Shown: one piece after another, positions 1 to 10,300 of the stretch
How positions within the stretch are numbered: the stretch's first letter is position 1
How the letters are laid out: each line of letters opens with the position of its first letter
Source: a virus
IMG/VR virus record: IMGVR_UViG_3300009104_000002
Location: 96,001-160,000 of that record
Direction: 5' to 3' (one strand)
DNA length: 64,000 nucleotides
Notes under the pieces: generated by a model
Databases searched by the model: none
The model's input: only the letters and a program-made list of their open reading frames with translations
Told to the model about the DNA's origin: nothing
Program-made: the position numbers and the translations under genes

Positions 1-37
1 CGGATTTTTTCTTAAATAACCCGGCTAGCCACTTCAT
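1..37 (-). CDS. 5' fragment of a gene running off the window edge (MKWLAGLFKKKS...)
   Basis: ATG at 37 with GGAGG SD (47-51) and ACTATTTAG motif (63-71) upstream; frame open to position 1. Confidence 0.5.
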   Translation of the reverse strand, partial: MKWLAGLFKKKS

Positions 38-62
38 ATTTGAGTTCCTCCGCTGTTTTATT

Positions 63-71
63 CTAAATAGT
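63..71 (-). promoter_or_regulatory. putative late promoter motif ACTATTTAG
   Basis: variant of the recurrent intergenic ACTATTTAT motif; lies between a terminator and the next RBS. Confidence 0.5.
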
Positions 72-102
72 AAGAAGCCCCCCCTTGTTGCCAAGGGAGG
101 GC
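72..102 (-). terminator. rho-independent terminator after the 841-aa gene
   Basis: minus strand GCCCTCCCTTG-GCAA-CAAGGGGGGGC stem (one G:U pair) followed by TTCTT. Confidence 0.75.
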
Positions 103-138
103 GAAAAATCTAAAAATAAATCAGATTTTTAATTTAGA

Positions 139-2664
139 CTATGCAGAAGTTTTCTTGACGTACTTAATAACAACGTAATCACCAAGTTCAGAAGCTTGCT
201 TGAGTTCAATTTTATCATCAGTTACACCGAATTCCCAATCGAAAGTAGCTCCCATACGCTGCAGCATACCGTTAACGAATACCATTACGGACTCTTGGTG
301 TGCCTGTGCAGAGATAGTGAATAATGTTTGAGCAGCAGTTGCATCAAACTCTTCGACAACGTGATCACCCTTTCTTACGAAAGCGGCGTTACCTGCCTTG
401 AGGTCAATAACAGCTGTCTCGATAGCATCAATAGCCGAATCAAGCTCAACCATCGCGTCCTTCATGTTGACATCTGCGACATATCTCTCGGTACCAGCCC
501 AAGTGATAAGTCCGGAAGCTCCAATACCCATGTTGTCCATAGACAACTTGAGAGCAGCATCCAGCTTGGAATCCGCGTCGTCAAGCGAAGTGGCGGCGCC
601 AATGTAATTACGGGCACCAACAGCAACGTAAGCACCTGCAGCAGACAAGCCTGCTCCAGCCTGGGTTGCATCCAATTCGGACTGAATGCCAGCATCAGCA
701 GCGATCCTAGCAAGTTCTTCAACTTTGAGGGCAGCGGAGAGCTTTTCATCAGCGTCATCTAGATCAGTAGCAGCACCGATATAGTGCCTACCACCTACTG
801 CGAGGTAAGAGCCATTAGCCTGAAGACCTGCGCCGACCTGGGTTGCATCCAATTCAGCATGGTTTTCATTGATAGCCTCGATAAGTGTTGCAGCAGCAGT
901 ATCCAATGCTGACGCTGGGCTCGCTTCAATGCGGGCTGCGACTTCATTAAGAGTATCTAAAGATGCATCAACACCTGCTCGGATATCTTCCTTGGCATTC
1001 AAAATCATATTTGAAATGCTCGCCTCAAGACTACTTTGACTTCCCTCATTGAGAGCCGCCAAAGAGCTAGAAAGCTCGCTCAAGGTGGCTGCCATTTCTG
1101 TGCCTCCACCAATCGCCAAAGTAAGGGCTTGATCGATTTTGTATTCAACAGATCCGGCAACATTATCATCCGAACTAATAAGGTCAATTTGGTCGATAAT
1201 GGATTCGAAAGCAGCCTGAGCAGTGCCACCAGCAATTGCATAGTGTGCTCTACTATCAGTGCTTGCCGCTGCGGTTCCGGTATATGCCTTAAAACCAACC
1301 ATACCAGCACCAGTTGCTTGAGCAGCTAATGCAGCGATATGATCATCGGTAGCTTTCTTTTCAGCATCAAGTCCGCCTACGACAGAATCCAAAGAAGCCT
1401 CGATAGTTCCAGCAGCAACAGAAAATAGGCCATTTGTGCTAGTGTGTCCAGCGTAGCCCACCATTCCGCCACCAGTATTTGGATTAGCGAGAGCAGCGAT
1501 GTGATCGTCGGTAGCTTTCTTTTCAGCGTCCAAGCCAGTCACCAAGGAATCAAGAGCTACATCAACCTGAGAAGCAGCAAGAGAGAAAAGAAGGTTTGCA
1601 CCCGCTTGACCATCATAACCAACCTTTGCAGCGCCCTTGGCAGCAGCTTGGGAAAGTATATCCGCTTCATACACGTCGAACTCCTCTCTGTCAGCGTCAA
1701 TAGCATCGACAACTGAATCGAGAGCAGCATCTACTTGAGAGGCAGCAAGGGAGAAATCTCCATTGGCACCCGATTTTCCATCATAACCGATTTTGGCAGC
1801 ACCCTTGGTAGCAGCCTGACTTTCCAAATCGAAGCGATCAAGATCAATCGCATCGACAATGGCGTCCAAAGATGCCTCAACGGTACCAGCAACAACACTA
1901 AATTTATTGTTACCTGCACTATTATCCTCTCCAGAATAACCGACTTTGGCAGAACCTTTGCCAGCGACCTGTGAAAGAACGTCTGATTCAAATACGTCGA
2001 ATTCTTCACGATCGGCGTCAATAGCAACGACGATATCGTCGATTGCTTGATCTAGACGCTTTGCGGAAATAGAGAAATCTCCATTTGCACCAGCTTGCCC
2101 AGAATAACCAACCAAGTAAGAACCTGATAGAGAACCAGATGAAGCCATTGCGGCCTCATGCGCGGCCATCTCGCTTGTGCGAGCGTCCACTTCTGCCTTT
2201 AAAGCAGCATCTAGCAAATGATCTGCGTTATCAAGTGAAGTAGCAGCGCCGATATAATTTCTAGCGCCAACTGCAACATACGCACCGAGAGCAGACAAGC
2301 CTGCACCGGCTTGAGTCTCATCAACTTCATCTTGAAGAGATGTCGTTCCAAGACCCTGATCATCCAACTCATTTGCAAGAGTTGTGAGAGCCGCTTTGAA
2401 AGAAGAAGCTCCTTGAATGAGTGGTGCCTCGGCAGCACTCCACGAAATTGTCGCGGAAAGGCTATCCGAAACGCCCAAAAGAGCAGCCAAACGAGTTGCA
2501 ACGAAACCACTGTGTGCGATTGCTTTACGATCAGAGATAGCATATTCGCTATCCATCTTAACAGAACCATCTGCCAAGATCAAGTGACCATCACTACCGG
2601 CAACGTCAGTGGCGTTGTTGAGCTGAGTTTGTGCTCTAATTTTTGTTTTTTTGACTACAGCCAT
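139..2664 (-). CDS. repeat-rich virion fibre/structural protein, 841 aa
   Basis: AGGAGG SD; ~50-aa GAAK(V/I)GYxG repeats; three TQxGAGL...YIGAATSLDxAD..LDAALK repeats; SLDTLNEVA fibre motif; C-terminal VFVNG..Q...GDYVVIKY beta domain typical of jumbo-phage structural proteins. Confidence 0.7.
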   Translation of the reverse strand: MAVVKKTKIRAQTQLNNATDVAGSDGHLILADGSVKMDSEYAISDRKAIAHSGFVATRLAALLGVSDSLSATISWSAAEAPLIQGASSFKAALTTLANELDDQGLGTTSLQDEVDETQAGAGLSALGAYVAVGARNYIGAATSLDNADHLLDAALKAEVDARTSEMAAHEAAMASSGSLSGSYLVGYSGQAGANGDFSISAKRLDQAIDDIVVAIDADREEFDVFESDVLSQVAGKGSAKVGYSGEDNSAGNNKFSVVAGTVEASLDAIVDAIDLDRFDLESQAATKGAAKIGYDGKSGANGDFSLAASQVDAALDSVVDAIDADREEFDVYEADILSQAAAKGAAKVGYDGQAGANLLFSLAASQVDVALDSLVTGLDAEKKATDDHIAALANPNTGGGMVGYAGHTSTNGLFSVAAGTIEASLDSVVGGLDAEKKATDDHIAALAAQATGAGMVGFKAYTGTAAASTDSRAHYAIAGGTAQAAFESIIDQIDLISSDDNVAGSVEYKIDQALTLAIGGGTEMAATLSELSSSLAALNEGSQSSLEASISNMILNAKEDIRAGVDASLDTLNEVAARIEASPASALDTAAATLIEAINENHAELDATQVGAGLQANGSYLAVGGRHYIGAATDLDDADEKLSAALKVEELARIAADAGIQSELDATQAGAGLSAAGAYVAVGARNYIGAATSLDDADSKLDAALKLSMDNMGIGASGLITWAGTERYVADVNMKDAMVELDSAIDAIETAVIDLKAGNAAFVRKGDHVVEEFDATAAQTLFTISAQAHQESVMVFVNGMLQRMGATFDWEFGVTDDKIELKQASELGDYVVIKYVKKTSA

Positions 2665-2808
2665 ATTTTTTCCTCCTATTATGAAAATATGGTGGTTTTT
2701 AGAAAACCTAAATTTTCAAAAAACCGTGAACGCATACACAATGTGTATTTGTTCGCCCATAGATATAACCATTTTACGTTAAAAGAAGAAAAATATCACC
2801 ATTACCAC

Positions 2809-2847
2809 AAAAAATAAAAATCCCGTAATATATATTACAGGATTTTT
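2809..2847 (-). terminator. terminator downstream of prkA
   Basis: near-perfect palindrome 2816-2847 (AAAAATCCTGTAATATATATTACGGGATTTTT on minus) followed by ATTTTTT. Confidence 0.65.
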
Positions 2848-2881
2848 TTTAAAAAAAGGTTTTTATTTTTTTTTTATACTA

Positions 2882-4822
2882 TTAACTATCTCTCCAGAGG
2901 TTGTTCGAGGCATATTTTATAATTTCATTTGCAGATTTCTCATTATAACCATAGTCCTCTATTAGTGTCTTTACCATTTCATTATATTTAGTTTGCTGCT
3001 TCTTATCTCTGGATTTAGATTTAGTAACAATTCTGGATATATCCCTAACAGATGTTAGCAGCTTATTTTCAATGGCCTCCTTCAATGGGCCATAGGAATT
3101 CCAATCAATTTTCTCCCCTTTTCGAAGTTTTGCGAACATATAGGCGGTGATATCTGCTCTAAAATTCTCCCTTGCCGAACCAACGATACCAATTTGTTCT
3201 TCAATTGATTTTAGGAATTCCTCGTCGGCTTCCATTTCTTCCTTGGTTACGCTATCTTTCACCTTTGAGCCATTAACATAGGCCTCGGCGTGATCGAGAT
3301 AATTATCAAACAGAGATTCTGCCTGTTCTTGATATGCTGAAACAAATGCTTTTGTAATTTCTTTCTCAAGAATTTTCAAATATTCGTCATGAAGTTCCTT
3401 CTGAAGAAAAGATAAATATTTTTCCCGAAGATCATCAACAACAATTTGCTCCTTTACCTGCTTTATGAGAGCATCTCTAATAGAAATCGGAGTAACCATA
3501 TTATCATCAGAATCTGCCAGAGCGGCGTCAATAGCCTTCATAATAAACCTCGTTGAAATTCCAGTCATCCCCTCATCTCTCACTTCATCGCGCAAGTCTT
3601 CAATATCAATCTTCTTAATATAGCCCTTTTCCACCACCTCGTCTCCGTTATAAATTTTCATCTTAGTCATCGGGTCGACTTTGTTTGATAATTTAATTCT
3701 AGATAAAACTGCGAACATTGCAGCAACTTCCAGGGTGTGAGGGGCAATGTGAGAATCAAAATCAGATTCATCTAGCATCTTTTTATAAATTTTTTGCTCT
3801 TCGCCAACTTCCAAACAATATGGAACATTTACACGAACAATCCTATCTAAAATGGCCTCGTTCGTATTTTCCGATTTAAATTTAACCCACTCTGCCTCGT
3901 TACAGTGGGCCAAAATGACACCATCAAAATAGATCATTGCACCCTTACCTGGGCTTGGGATGGCTTTTTCCTGAGTTGCAGTAATCATTGTATGCAAAAA
4001 TTCAATTTCATTTTTGAATACCTCGACAAACTCTACTATTCCGCGATTTCCTACGTTAAAAGCCCCGTTAAGGCTTAAAGCACGAGGGTCGTCCTCTGGA
4101 TATAGGTCTAATTTTGAAATGTCTTCTGACCCTATTAGGATGCTTGTATCCTGCGTGTTTGCATCCATAGGGGGGACAACTCCAATTCCTCGCCTGCCCC
4201 TTATGGAGAAGGATGTTTCAATTACTGGGAAATTCATATAATCCCCCTGATATTCCTCCAGGAGACGATGCCTACAGACTGGACACAAATCTCCCTCTAT
4301 TTTTATTTCATATATTTCCCTAAATTTAGACCTCAGGCTTCTAGGTATTAAATGAATTGGATCTTCCTGTATCGGGCAGCCCCTTAGAGTATATAAGGGT
4401 CCGGATTTTTCAAGAGCGCGCTTTATGTGCTCCACCAAGGCAGATTTGCCTGCGCCGACTGGGCCCAGCAACAAGAGGACTTGTCGACTTTCTTCTCCCT
4501 TCATAGAGGCAGAATGAAGATATCTCATTATTTTTGCCAATGATCTCTCCATTCCAAAAAAATTACTTTGAAAATAATCATAAGTTTTTACTCTTTCCCC
4601 ATTAAATAAATTGTTGCATCTATTATTATCTTCCGACATCTTTGTAATGCCTTGGGAAACTATTGTCTGATAGAGCCTCTTATGGGCCAAAATAGCCAAC
4701 CCCTTATTTTCCTCAAGAATCTCCAAATATTGTGCAAAAGTTCCTGAAAACTTCTTTCTCTTACTATCTTTTTTGTGTTTTTCGGCAATTTCTAAAAAAC
4801 TGCTAGTTTTTGAGTCTGTCAT
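2882..4822 (-). CDS. prkA: PrkA/YeaG family AAA+ protein (annotated serine protein kinase)
   Basis: 646 aa; Walker A GPVGAGKS, CPIQEDP, LNGAFNVGNRGIVEFVEVFK, MITATQEK, AILDRI family motifs. Confidence 0.93.
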   Translation of the reverse strand: MTDSKTSSFLEIAEKHKKDSKRKKFSGTFAQYLEILEENKGLAILAHKRLYQTIVSQGITKMSEDNNRCNNLFNGERVKTYDYFQSNFFGMERSLAKIMRYLHSASMKGEESRQVLLLLGPVGAGKSALVEHIKRALEKSGPLYTLRGCPIQEDPIHLIPRSLRSKFREIYEIKIEGDLCPVCRHRLLEEYQGDYMNFPVIETSFSIRGRRGIGVVPPMDANTQDTSILIGSEDISKLDLYPEDDPRALSLNGAFNVGNRGIVEFVEVFKNEIEFLHTMITATQEKAIPSPGKGAMIYFDGVILAHCNEAEWVKFKSENTNEAILDRIVRVNVPYCLEVGEEQKIYKKMLDESDFDSHIAPHTLEVAAMFAVLSRIKLSNKVDPMTKMKIYNGDEVVEKGYIKKIDIEDLRDEVRDEGMTGISTRFIMKAIDAALADSDDNMVTPISIRDALIKQVKEQIVVDDLREKYLSFLQKELHDEYLKILEKEITKAFVSAYQEQAESLFDNYLDHAEAYVNGSKVKDSVTKEEMEADEEFLKSIEEQIGIVGSARENFRADITAYMFAKLRKGEKIDWNSYGPLKEAIENKLLTSVRDISRIVTKSKSRDKKQQTKYNEMVKTLIEDYGYNEKSANEIIKYASNNLWRDS

Positions 4823-4823
4823 C

Positions 4824-6101
4824 TTAAAATTCCCATGGTTCTCCCTCTATAACAGAGGTAAATGTAACTTGATCGTGCCACAAATAACAAATATAGTTGT
4901 AAACTTTGTCGGCATAGGAAAGATCTAAATCTCTACCATCGTGCTCGTGTTTAATATAAATAGTATTACTTCTCCTATCATAATCAGAGACATAAACAAC
5001 TGGTATGCTATTTAATCCTACTCCTCTAATTAGGGCGTTTTGAACGCTTTTCCACCCTTCTTTATCAGATATTTCATTAATAACATAATTTCCTCTTGAT
5101 TGTCCGTAAGAATAACTAAAAAGATTTAATTCCCTGCATAAATCCTCATCTAAGTATTTTCTGATAAAAGATTCGTCATTATGTATTTCCCTGGCAAACT
5201 TACATTCTTCAAATCCATGCTCTTTTTCTATTTTTTTAAATATTGTATATCCAAGATGATACGGATTTATTCTTCCGACAATAGGCCTCACAACTTGATT
5301 GTGTGTCTTTAAAAATGCTAAATGATATTTGTCTGGAAGGTTTAGATCTTTCATTATCTTTTCATGAATTGTAACTGCCCAGCCTTCATTCATAATCTTT
5401 GTTTGAGCTTGGGGAATAAAATATAGAGATCTCTTTTCCACCATTTCTATTATGTCTTGCTCCCAATCTTTTAGATCTCTTGCGTTTTCTTTTATAAAAT
5501 TTAATAAATTATAATCTCTCATCTCTTCCATCATAAGGTCGTCATTTTCAAGATCTTTTTCTTTTTTCTTTTTTCTAGAAATTCCCGGTGTTCGCGGGAT
5601 TTGATATTTTATTGCATGACAGGCATCCAAGACTTTCTCCACCCTCTCAATACCAATGTTTGGATCCTCGATATAGGCTTGAACTCTTTTCGCCGCACTT
5701 TTAAATCGTGATATAATATTATCCGGATCCGTTTTTTCGAACATCCTATTGTTTTTAAAAAAATCAGAATGGCCCACGCAGTGAGACATTGTCAAAAGAT
5801 GCGTACTTATTGGATTTTCAAGCATCAAGTAGGCAATTGAGGGATTTGAATTGATAATCATCTCATATGGCAAGCCCTCCATTCCCAGATTATATCTTGT
5901 AATTGTCCTCTCAAATGATTTACCAAAAGACCAATGCCGATAATGAGTTGGCAAGCCAGTATATGCCATTGCGCCAATCATTTCATGATAATTGAGAATT
6001 TCGTATTCAATAGGGAACCAATCGAGTCCATATTTTTCTTTAGCGATTTTACAAATCTCTTTGTCCCACTTTTGTAATTCTTTTATTGACCAATCCTTCA
6101 T
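4824..6101 (-). CDS. spoVR: SpoVR/YcgB family protein
   Basis: AYTGLPTHYRHWSFGK, LPYEMIINSNP, HCVGHSDFFKNN, TKIMNEGWA, NPYHLG motifs; ATGA overlap with the upstream gene. Confidence 0.93.
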   Translation of the reverse strand: MKDWSIKELQKWDKEICKIAKEKYGLDWFPIEYEILNYHEMIGAMAYTGLPTHYRHWSFGKSFERTITRYNLGMEGLPYEMIINSNPSIAYLMLENPISTHLLTMSHCVGHSDFFKNNRMFEKTDPDNIISRFKSAAKRVQAYIEDPNIGIERVEKVLDACHAIKYQIPRTPGISRKKKKEKDLENDDLMMEEMRDYNLLNFIKENARDLKDWEQDIIEMVEKRSLYFIPQAQTKIMNEGWAVTIHEKIMKDLNLPDKYHLAFLKTHNQVVRPIVGRINPYHLGYTIFKKIEKEHGFEECKFAREIHNDESFIRKYLDEDLCRELNLFSYSYGQSRGNYVINEISDKEGWKSVQNALIRGVGLNSIPVVYVSDYDRRSNTIYIKHEHDGRDLDLSYADKVYNYICYLWHDQVTFTSVIEGEPWEF

Positions 6102-7303
6102 GGCTTTCCACCAAATAGCTTTCTAAACGATGGCCAAATATGGGTTGGCTTGGAGATTTTTACTTTTTTAAATTTTGAATCTATGATTGGATCAAGTTTT
6201 AACCATAGATTGGATGCCTCGCTAGCATTATAGCTAAATGCTTTACTGAGTATTCCCAATTCAGATTCTGGATCCGAGTTAGGATCAATTTCTGCATAAC
6301 ATATCATTTGATTTATCTCTTTCAATTCACTGAAAAGGTTTATAGCCTTTGTATTATCAAAGGACCAATTCTCCCCGTCTCCAGAATAAAAAGTATAGAT
6401 GTTCCAATTAGATGGGTGATATCTTTTTGAAATAATATCCTTTTCGAGTTGTAATGCCGTCGACATAACTGTTCCTCCCGATGTTGCTTTTTTGAAAAAG
6501 TCGTCCTCCGTTACTTCTTTGGCTTCCGTAGAGTGCGAAATGAAAATAACATCAACATTTGAATATTTATAATTTAAAAATTGATAGAGTAAAAAATAAA
6601 AACTTCTTGCCATGTATTTCTTCTCCTTATCCATAGATCCAGAAACATCCATTAGAAAAAACACAACTGCAGAATTATTCTCTTGTGGCTTGTTTTTCAT
6701 ATGTTTATATTTAATATCATCTTCGTGAAAAGGAAACCTCTCGTCGGAATTTTCGTCATATGAGCCGACTGAAATGGCCATCTTTTTTCTTCTTATTTTT
6801 CTTTTTATTGTTTCTTTTTTGGAAAGTCTTGATCTCATCCCCTTCTTGCGAAAGCCAGACCTTTTCAATTTATGAGTTTTAATAAAACGAAATTTCTTCT
6901 TTTCTAAATCTGGAAGTTCTAAGTCTTGAAACAGATATTCGGCCAACTCATCAAGAGTTACCTCAACTTCATAATATTCTTCTCCCTTTTCATCTGAGCC
7001 CTTTGATCCCTGTGACTTTTGCTTTTTTCCGCCTTTTCGAAGAATTTGTCCTCTTTTTATTTTTTTGTCTCCTGCTGAGCCAGCTTTTTTATTTTCTTTA
7101 TTTTCTCCATATACAAACTGATATTCTTTTATTCCCTTGACTGGGATCTTTACTTTCTTTTTTCCGTCTTGTCCGATTATTGACTCATCGGCAACGACGT
7201 CTTTTATTCCCTCTCTCAAGGCTTTATCAATTTTTTGCTTATGCCTTTTTCTATCTGCGGCAGATCTATCAGCTATTGATTTATGTTCTCTAAAGATACT
7301 CAT
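6098..7303 (-). CDS. yeaH: YeaH/YhbH (DUF444) vWA-domain protein
   Basis: DRSAADRKRH, KIPVKGIKEYQF, DLELPDL, MIDAS DVSGSM, SGGT and SGDGEN motifs; start moved to MSIFRE (7303) because the longer ORF start runs through a terminator hairpin. Confidence 0.92.
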   Translation of the reverse strand: MSIFREHKSIADRSAADRKRHKQKIDKALREGIKDVVADESIIGQDGKKKVKIPVKGIKEYQFVYGENKENKKAGSAGDKKIKRGQILRKGGKKQKSQGSKGSDEKGEEYYEVEVTLDELAEYLFQDLELPDLEKKKFRFIKTHKLKRSGFRKKGMRSRLSKKETIKRKIRRKKMAISVGSYDENSDERFPFHEDDIKYKHMKNKPQENNSAVVFFLMDVSGSMDKEKKYMARSFYFLLYQFLNYKYSNVDVIFISHSTEAKEVTEDDFFKKATSGGTVMSTALQLEKDIISKRYHPSNWNIYTFYSGDGENWSFDNTKAINLFSELKEINQMICYAEIDPNSDPESELGILSKAFSYNASEASNLWLKLDPIIDSKFKKVKISKPTHIWPSFRKLFGGKP

Positions 7304-7309
7304 TATATA

Positions 7310-7319
7310 TATAATTAGA
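7310..7319 (-). promoter_or_regulatory. motif variant TCTAATTATA directly upstream of the yeaH ATG
   Basis: similar to ACTAATTATA at 20402-20411; 6 nt to ATG; no SD present. Confidence 0.4.
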
Positions 7320-7322
7320 AGT

Positions 7323-7351
7323 AAAAAAGGGTTTCCGACTGGAAACCCTTT
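7323..7351 (-). terminator. rho-independent terminator after the LamG gene
   Basis: AAAGGGTTTCC-AGTC-GGAAACCCTTT perfect stem running into a T tract on the minus strand. Confidence 0.8.
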
Positions 7352-7375
7352 GTTATTTTTCAATATTAATTTCTA

Positions 7376-10300
7376 CTAAATTAGAGTTGATAAATCATTC
7401 CCGCTATTTCCAGCATTATAGATGGCCAGAACTTCGGTGGCTGTTAGCTCGCGGGTCCAGGTAGCAATATCGTCCATTTCTCCGTTAAATCTTAAACTTT
7501 GGCCGGCTGGCATGGGAGGGCTGTGGGCATATTGTCCGAAACGGACGGGATTAGTCGGTGCTGTCATGCCCGGATATGGTCCAAGGTTGTCATCGGCGTT
7601 GTCTACCTGCACCCCATTTATGTAGATCTTAATGCTATTCGATGAGGTTCCACCACCATAGGTAAAGCACGCGTGATACCACACACCATCGGATGGGGCC
7701 GGTGCTGTCCTCGCGATGCGGCGGGCGCCGTTAAGGTTATAACAAGCAGATCCGATGACGCCTGACTGTATGTAACTCTTCCATTCGCGGGTGTTATCAA
7801 CGCCGTCTTTTGATATAAGCTCCTGAACACCATACGGCGCCGAAGATGCCCAACCTGGCGTATTTTTAAACCATCCCGAGATAGTAAAGCCGGCAGTGAA
7901 AGAGACAGAGGACATGCCCACATCTATATAGTTGCCGGCCGTTGCAGAAGACATACCGGCTGAATTACCAAACTTGCCACCCTGATAAGTTACTGTACCA
8001 TATTCGGTGCCGTTGTAGGTCCCCAAGGAATCATTGGCGTTGCCATTGAGGGGCCAATATCCCGCGAGGCCAGTAGCCAGAGGAAATGTTGTTAAATAAA
8101 GATCTGCAACCTCACTGTCATTAAGTACTCTTGACCAAATTCTGACATCATCCATTTGTCCGTCAAAATTCTCGGTACCGTGGTATTGGGCTCCAATTCT
8201 GACTGTTTGGCCAGAGTTGATTGCACCTGTATTTCCGTGCGATACAGTCGATACAAGTTGTCCGTTTTTATAAAATTTAGTAGTAGTTCCAGAATTGGAT
8301 ACTGTCCACAGCGCCCATTCACCTACAGTCGGCCTGTAAGTGGCTGATGATGCAATTGTGGTGCTGCCACCCATACCTAAATCAACTCTATTAGCTGACG
8401 AGTTATATCCAAAGAAGAATCTACCTCCAGAACTACCCCAACTCATATACCTTCGAGATCCAGAAAGTGAATCATGCTTAACCCACATAGACATTGTAAA
8501 GGTAGCATTGGAAGCGGTGAAAGGATCATTCGACAGTGTGATTTTAGAATTAGATCCACTGAAGTCTGCGTAAGTTCTTCCACCTGCGGTGGCAAAGGTG
8601 ACGTTTGAAGCAGTTCCGTTATCTGATCCCGCAGAGTCGTTTGCATTGCCAGAATCAAAGTTCCAAGCTCCAATCAAATCGTCCGTAAGAGAAATTCCAT
8701 CCTCTCTCCCTGCGGAGTGAAGTGATGATGCTTCCGAGGCTGAAAGTCCTCGATTCCATTGTCTCACATCGTCCATGGCGCCATTATAAAAGGTGCTTGA
8801 AAGGCCATTTCTATATCCCAAAAATATATCATTTGATGTACTTGATACATTTTGAGATCCTGGGTCTCCGTACGTTGATGAATTATCAACACCATCAATA
8901 TAGAGCCTCACATCGCTGCCGTTTCTGGTAAGAACAAGGTGCTGCCATTGACCCACCACAATCGGTGTATTTCCGTTGCAATTATGACCGGCGCCTCCGA
9001 AATAAGAACTTACTTGGCCCTGATAAATAAACAATTCCAAGTTAGTGTAGTGCTTACTCCAAAGCATGCCAGAATAATTTACTCCCGGTGACACTACATC
9101 TGGATTTATCCACATAGAAATTGCAAAATCCCCTGTTCCAAATGAGTTGCTAGCATCGTGGGGAATTTGAATATAATCATTTGATCCGTCAAAATTGACT
9201 TCTTTCTTGGTTCCGGCTAGAGAGAACGTTGCTCCCGAAATTGTTCCATCATTCGACCCAACAGAGTCTTTTGCATCAAAGTCAAGAGCGTATTTTGCGA
9301 CCAGTCCGTCTGTTATTGACTGGGCGTCTTCAGCGCCAGCAGAATAAAGGGTTGAAATTTCTGAAGCAGAGAGTACCCTGTTCCAGATGCGAACATCATC
9401 AATCCCGCCATCATGATTAAAATTAGGGTCGCCTCCGCCGTAGCCGAGATATATATCTTGTGCAGAAGAAAACGTTCCCGTAAACCCCCCGTTATAAGAA
9501 GCGTTCCAGGTATCGGCGACACCGTTCAAATAAACTTTCTTTTCATTGGTGTCTGGGTCGAGGGTAATAATAAAGTGATTCCATCCTGCGGGGACTGCTG
9601 TGTTACCCCTGTTGTCTATCCATCCACCGCCCGTATTGTGCTGCGTTCTTATCTTCCCATCTAAAACAAAGAGGTTAAAGTATGAGCCAGGGGAAGTACC
9701 CCATTGAAACATATATGCATAGGTGTGCCCAGAATAAGTATAAGTGGTATCTATCTTCGCCCAAAATGAGACGGATGATTTTCCGGTTAAATCAACTGTG
9801 GCTGATGACTGTAGATATCCTATTTTTGTGAAATCCGCGTACTTATCAGAGCCATTAGTTGCATGACCGACTGTTCCGTTGGTGGTAAGATTATTCGACC
9901 CAACAGAGTCAGCTGCATCAAAGTCAAGGGCGTATTTTGCGACCAGTCCGTCTGTTATTAGCTGTGTGGTTGAGTGAAGAGTGCTTACTTCTGATGCGCT
10001 GAGGGCGCGAGACCAAACTCTAACGTCGTCAACATAATCAGCAAAGGCCTGATTATGAGTCGTGGCATTTGAAGCGCCGATAGCGGCCAAAGTTTGTGAT
10101 GATTTCCATGGAATCGATCCAACGCTGGCGCCGTCAACATAATAAGTTGTAGTTGCGCCGGATCCGACTGCCGTTATCATATGCCAGCCAGTATAGTCAG
10201 CCGGATTCATATCAAATCCACAATCATGGAAGCCCGGACCGGACTGATAGCCGCCAAGATTATTGGAGTTCCATTCGATAATTACCGGATGATCATTGGG

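Noticed and set aside
2843-2877. Long T/A homopolymer runs after prkA as a phase-variation site
   Set aside because: They are non-coding and explained by the terminator and the AT-rich spacer; no frame is affected
2882-7303. Host chromosomal flank or prophage boundary at the prkA operon
   Set aside because: It is flanked on both sides by virion genes on the same strand, with phage-like AT content and no integrase or att site; a chimera still needs a read-level check
7304-7363. Longer ORF-track starts at 7363, 29265, 35654 and 36037
   Set aside because: They cross a terminator or overlap upstream genes; the downstream starts (7303, 29226, 35585, 36013) give family-like N-termini, and two of them canonical stop/start overlaps
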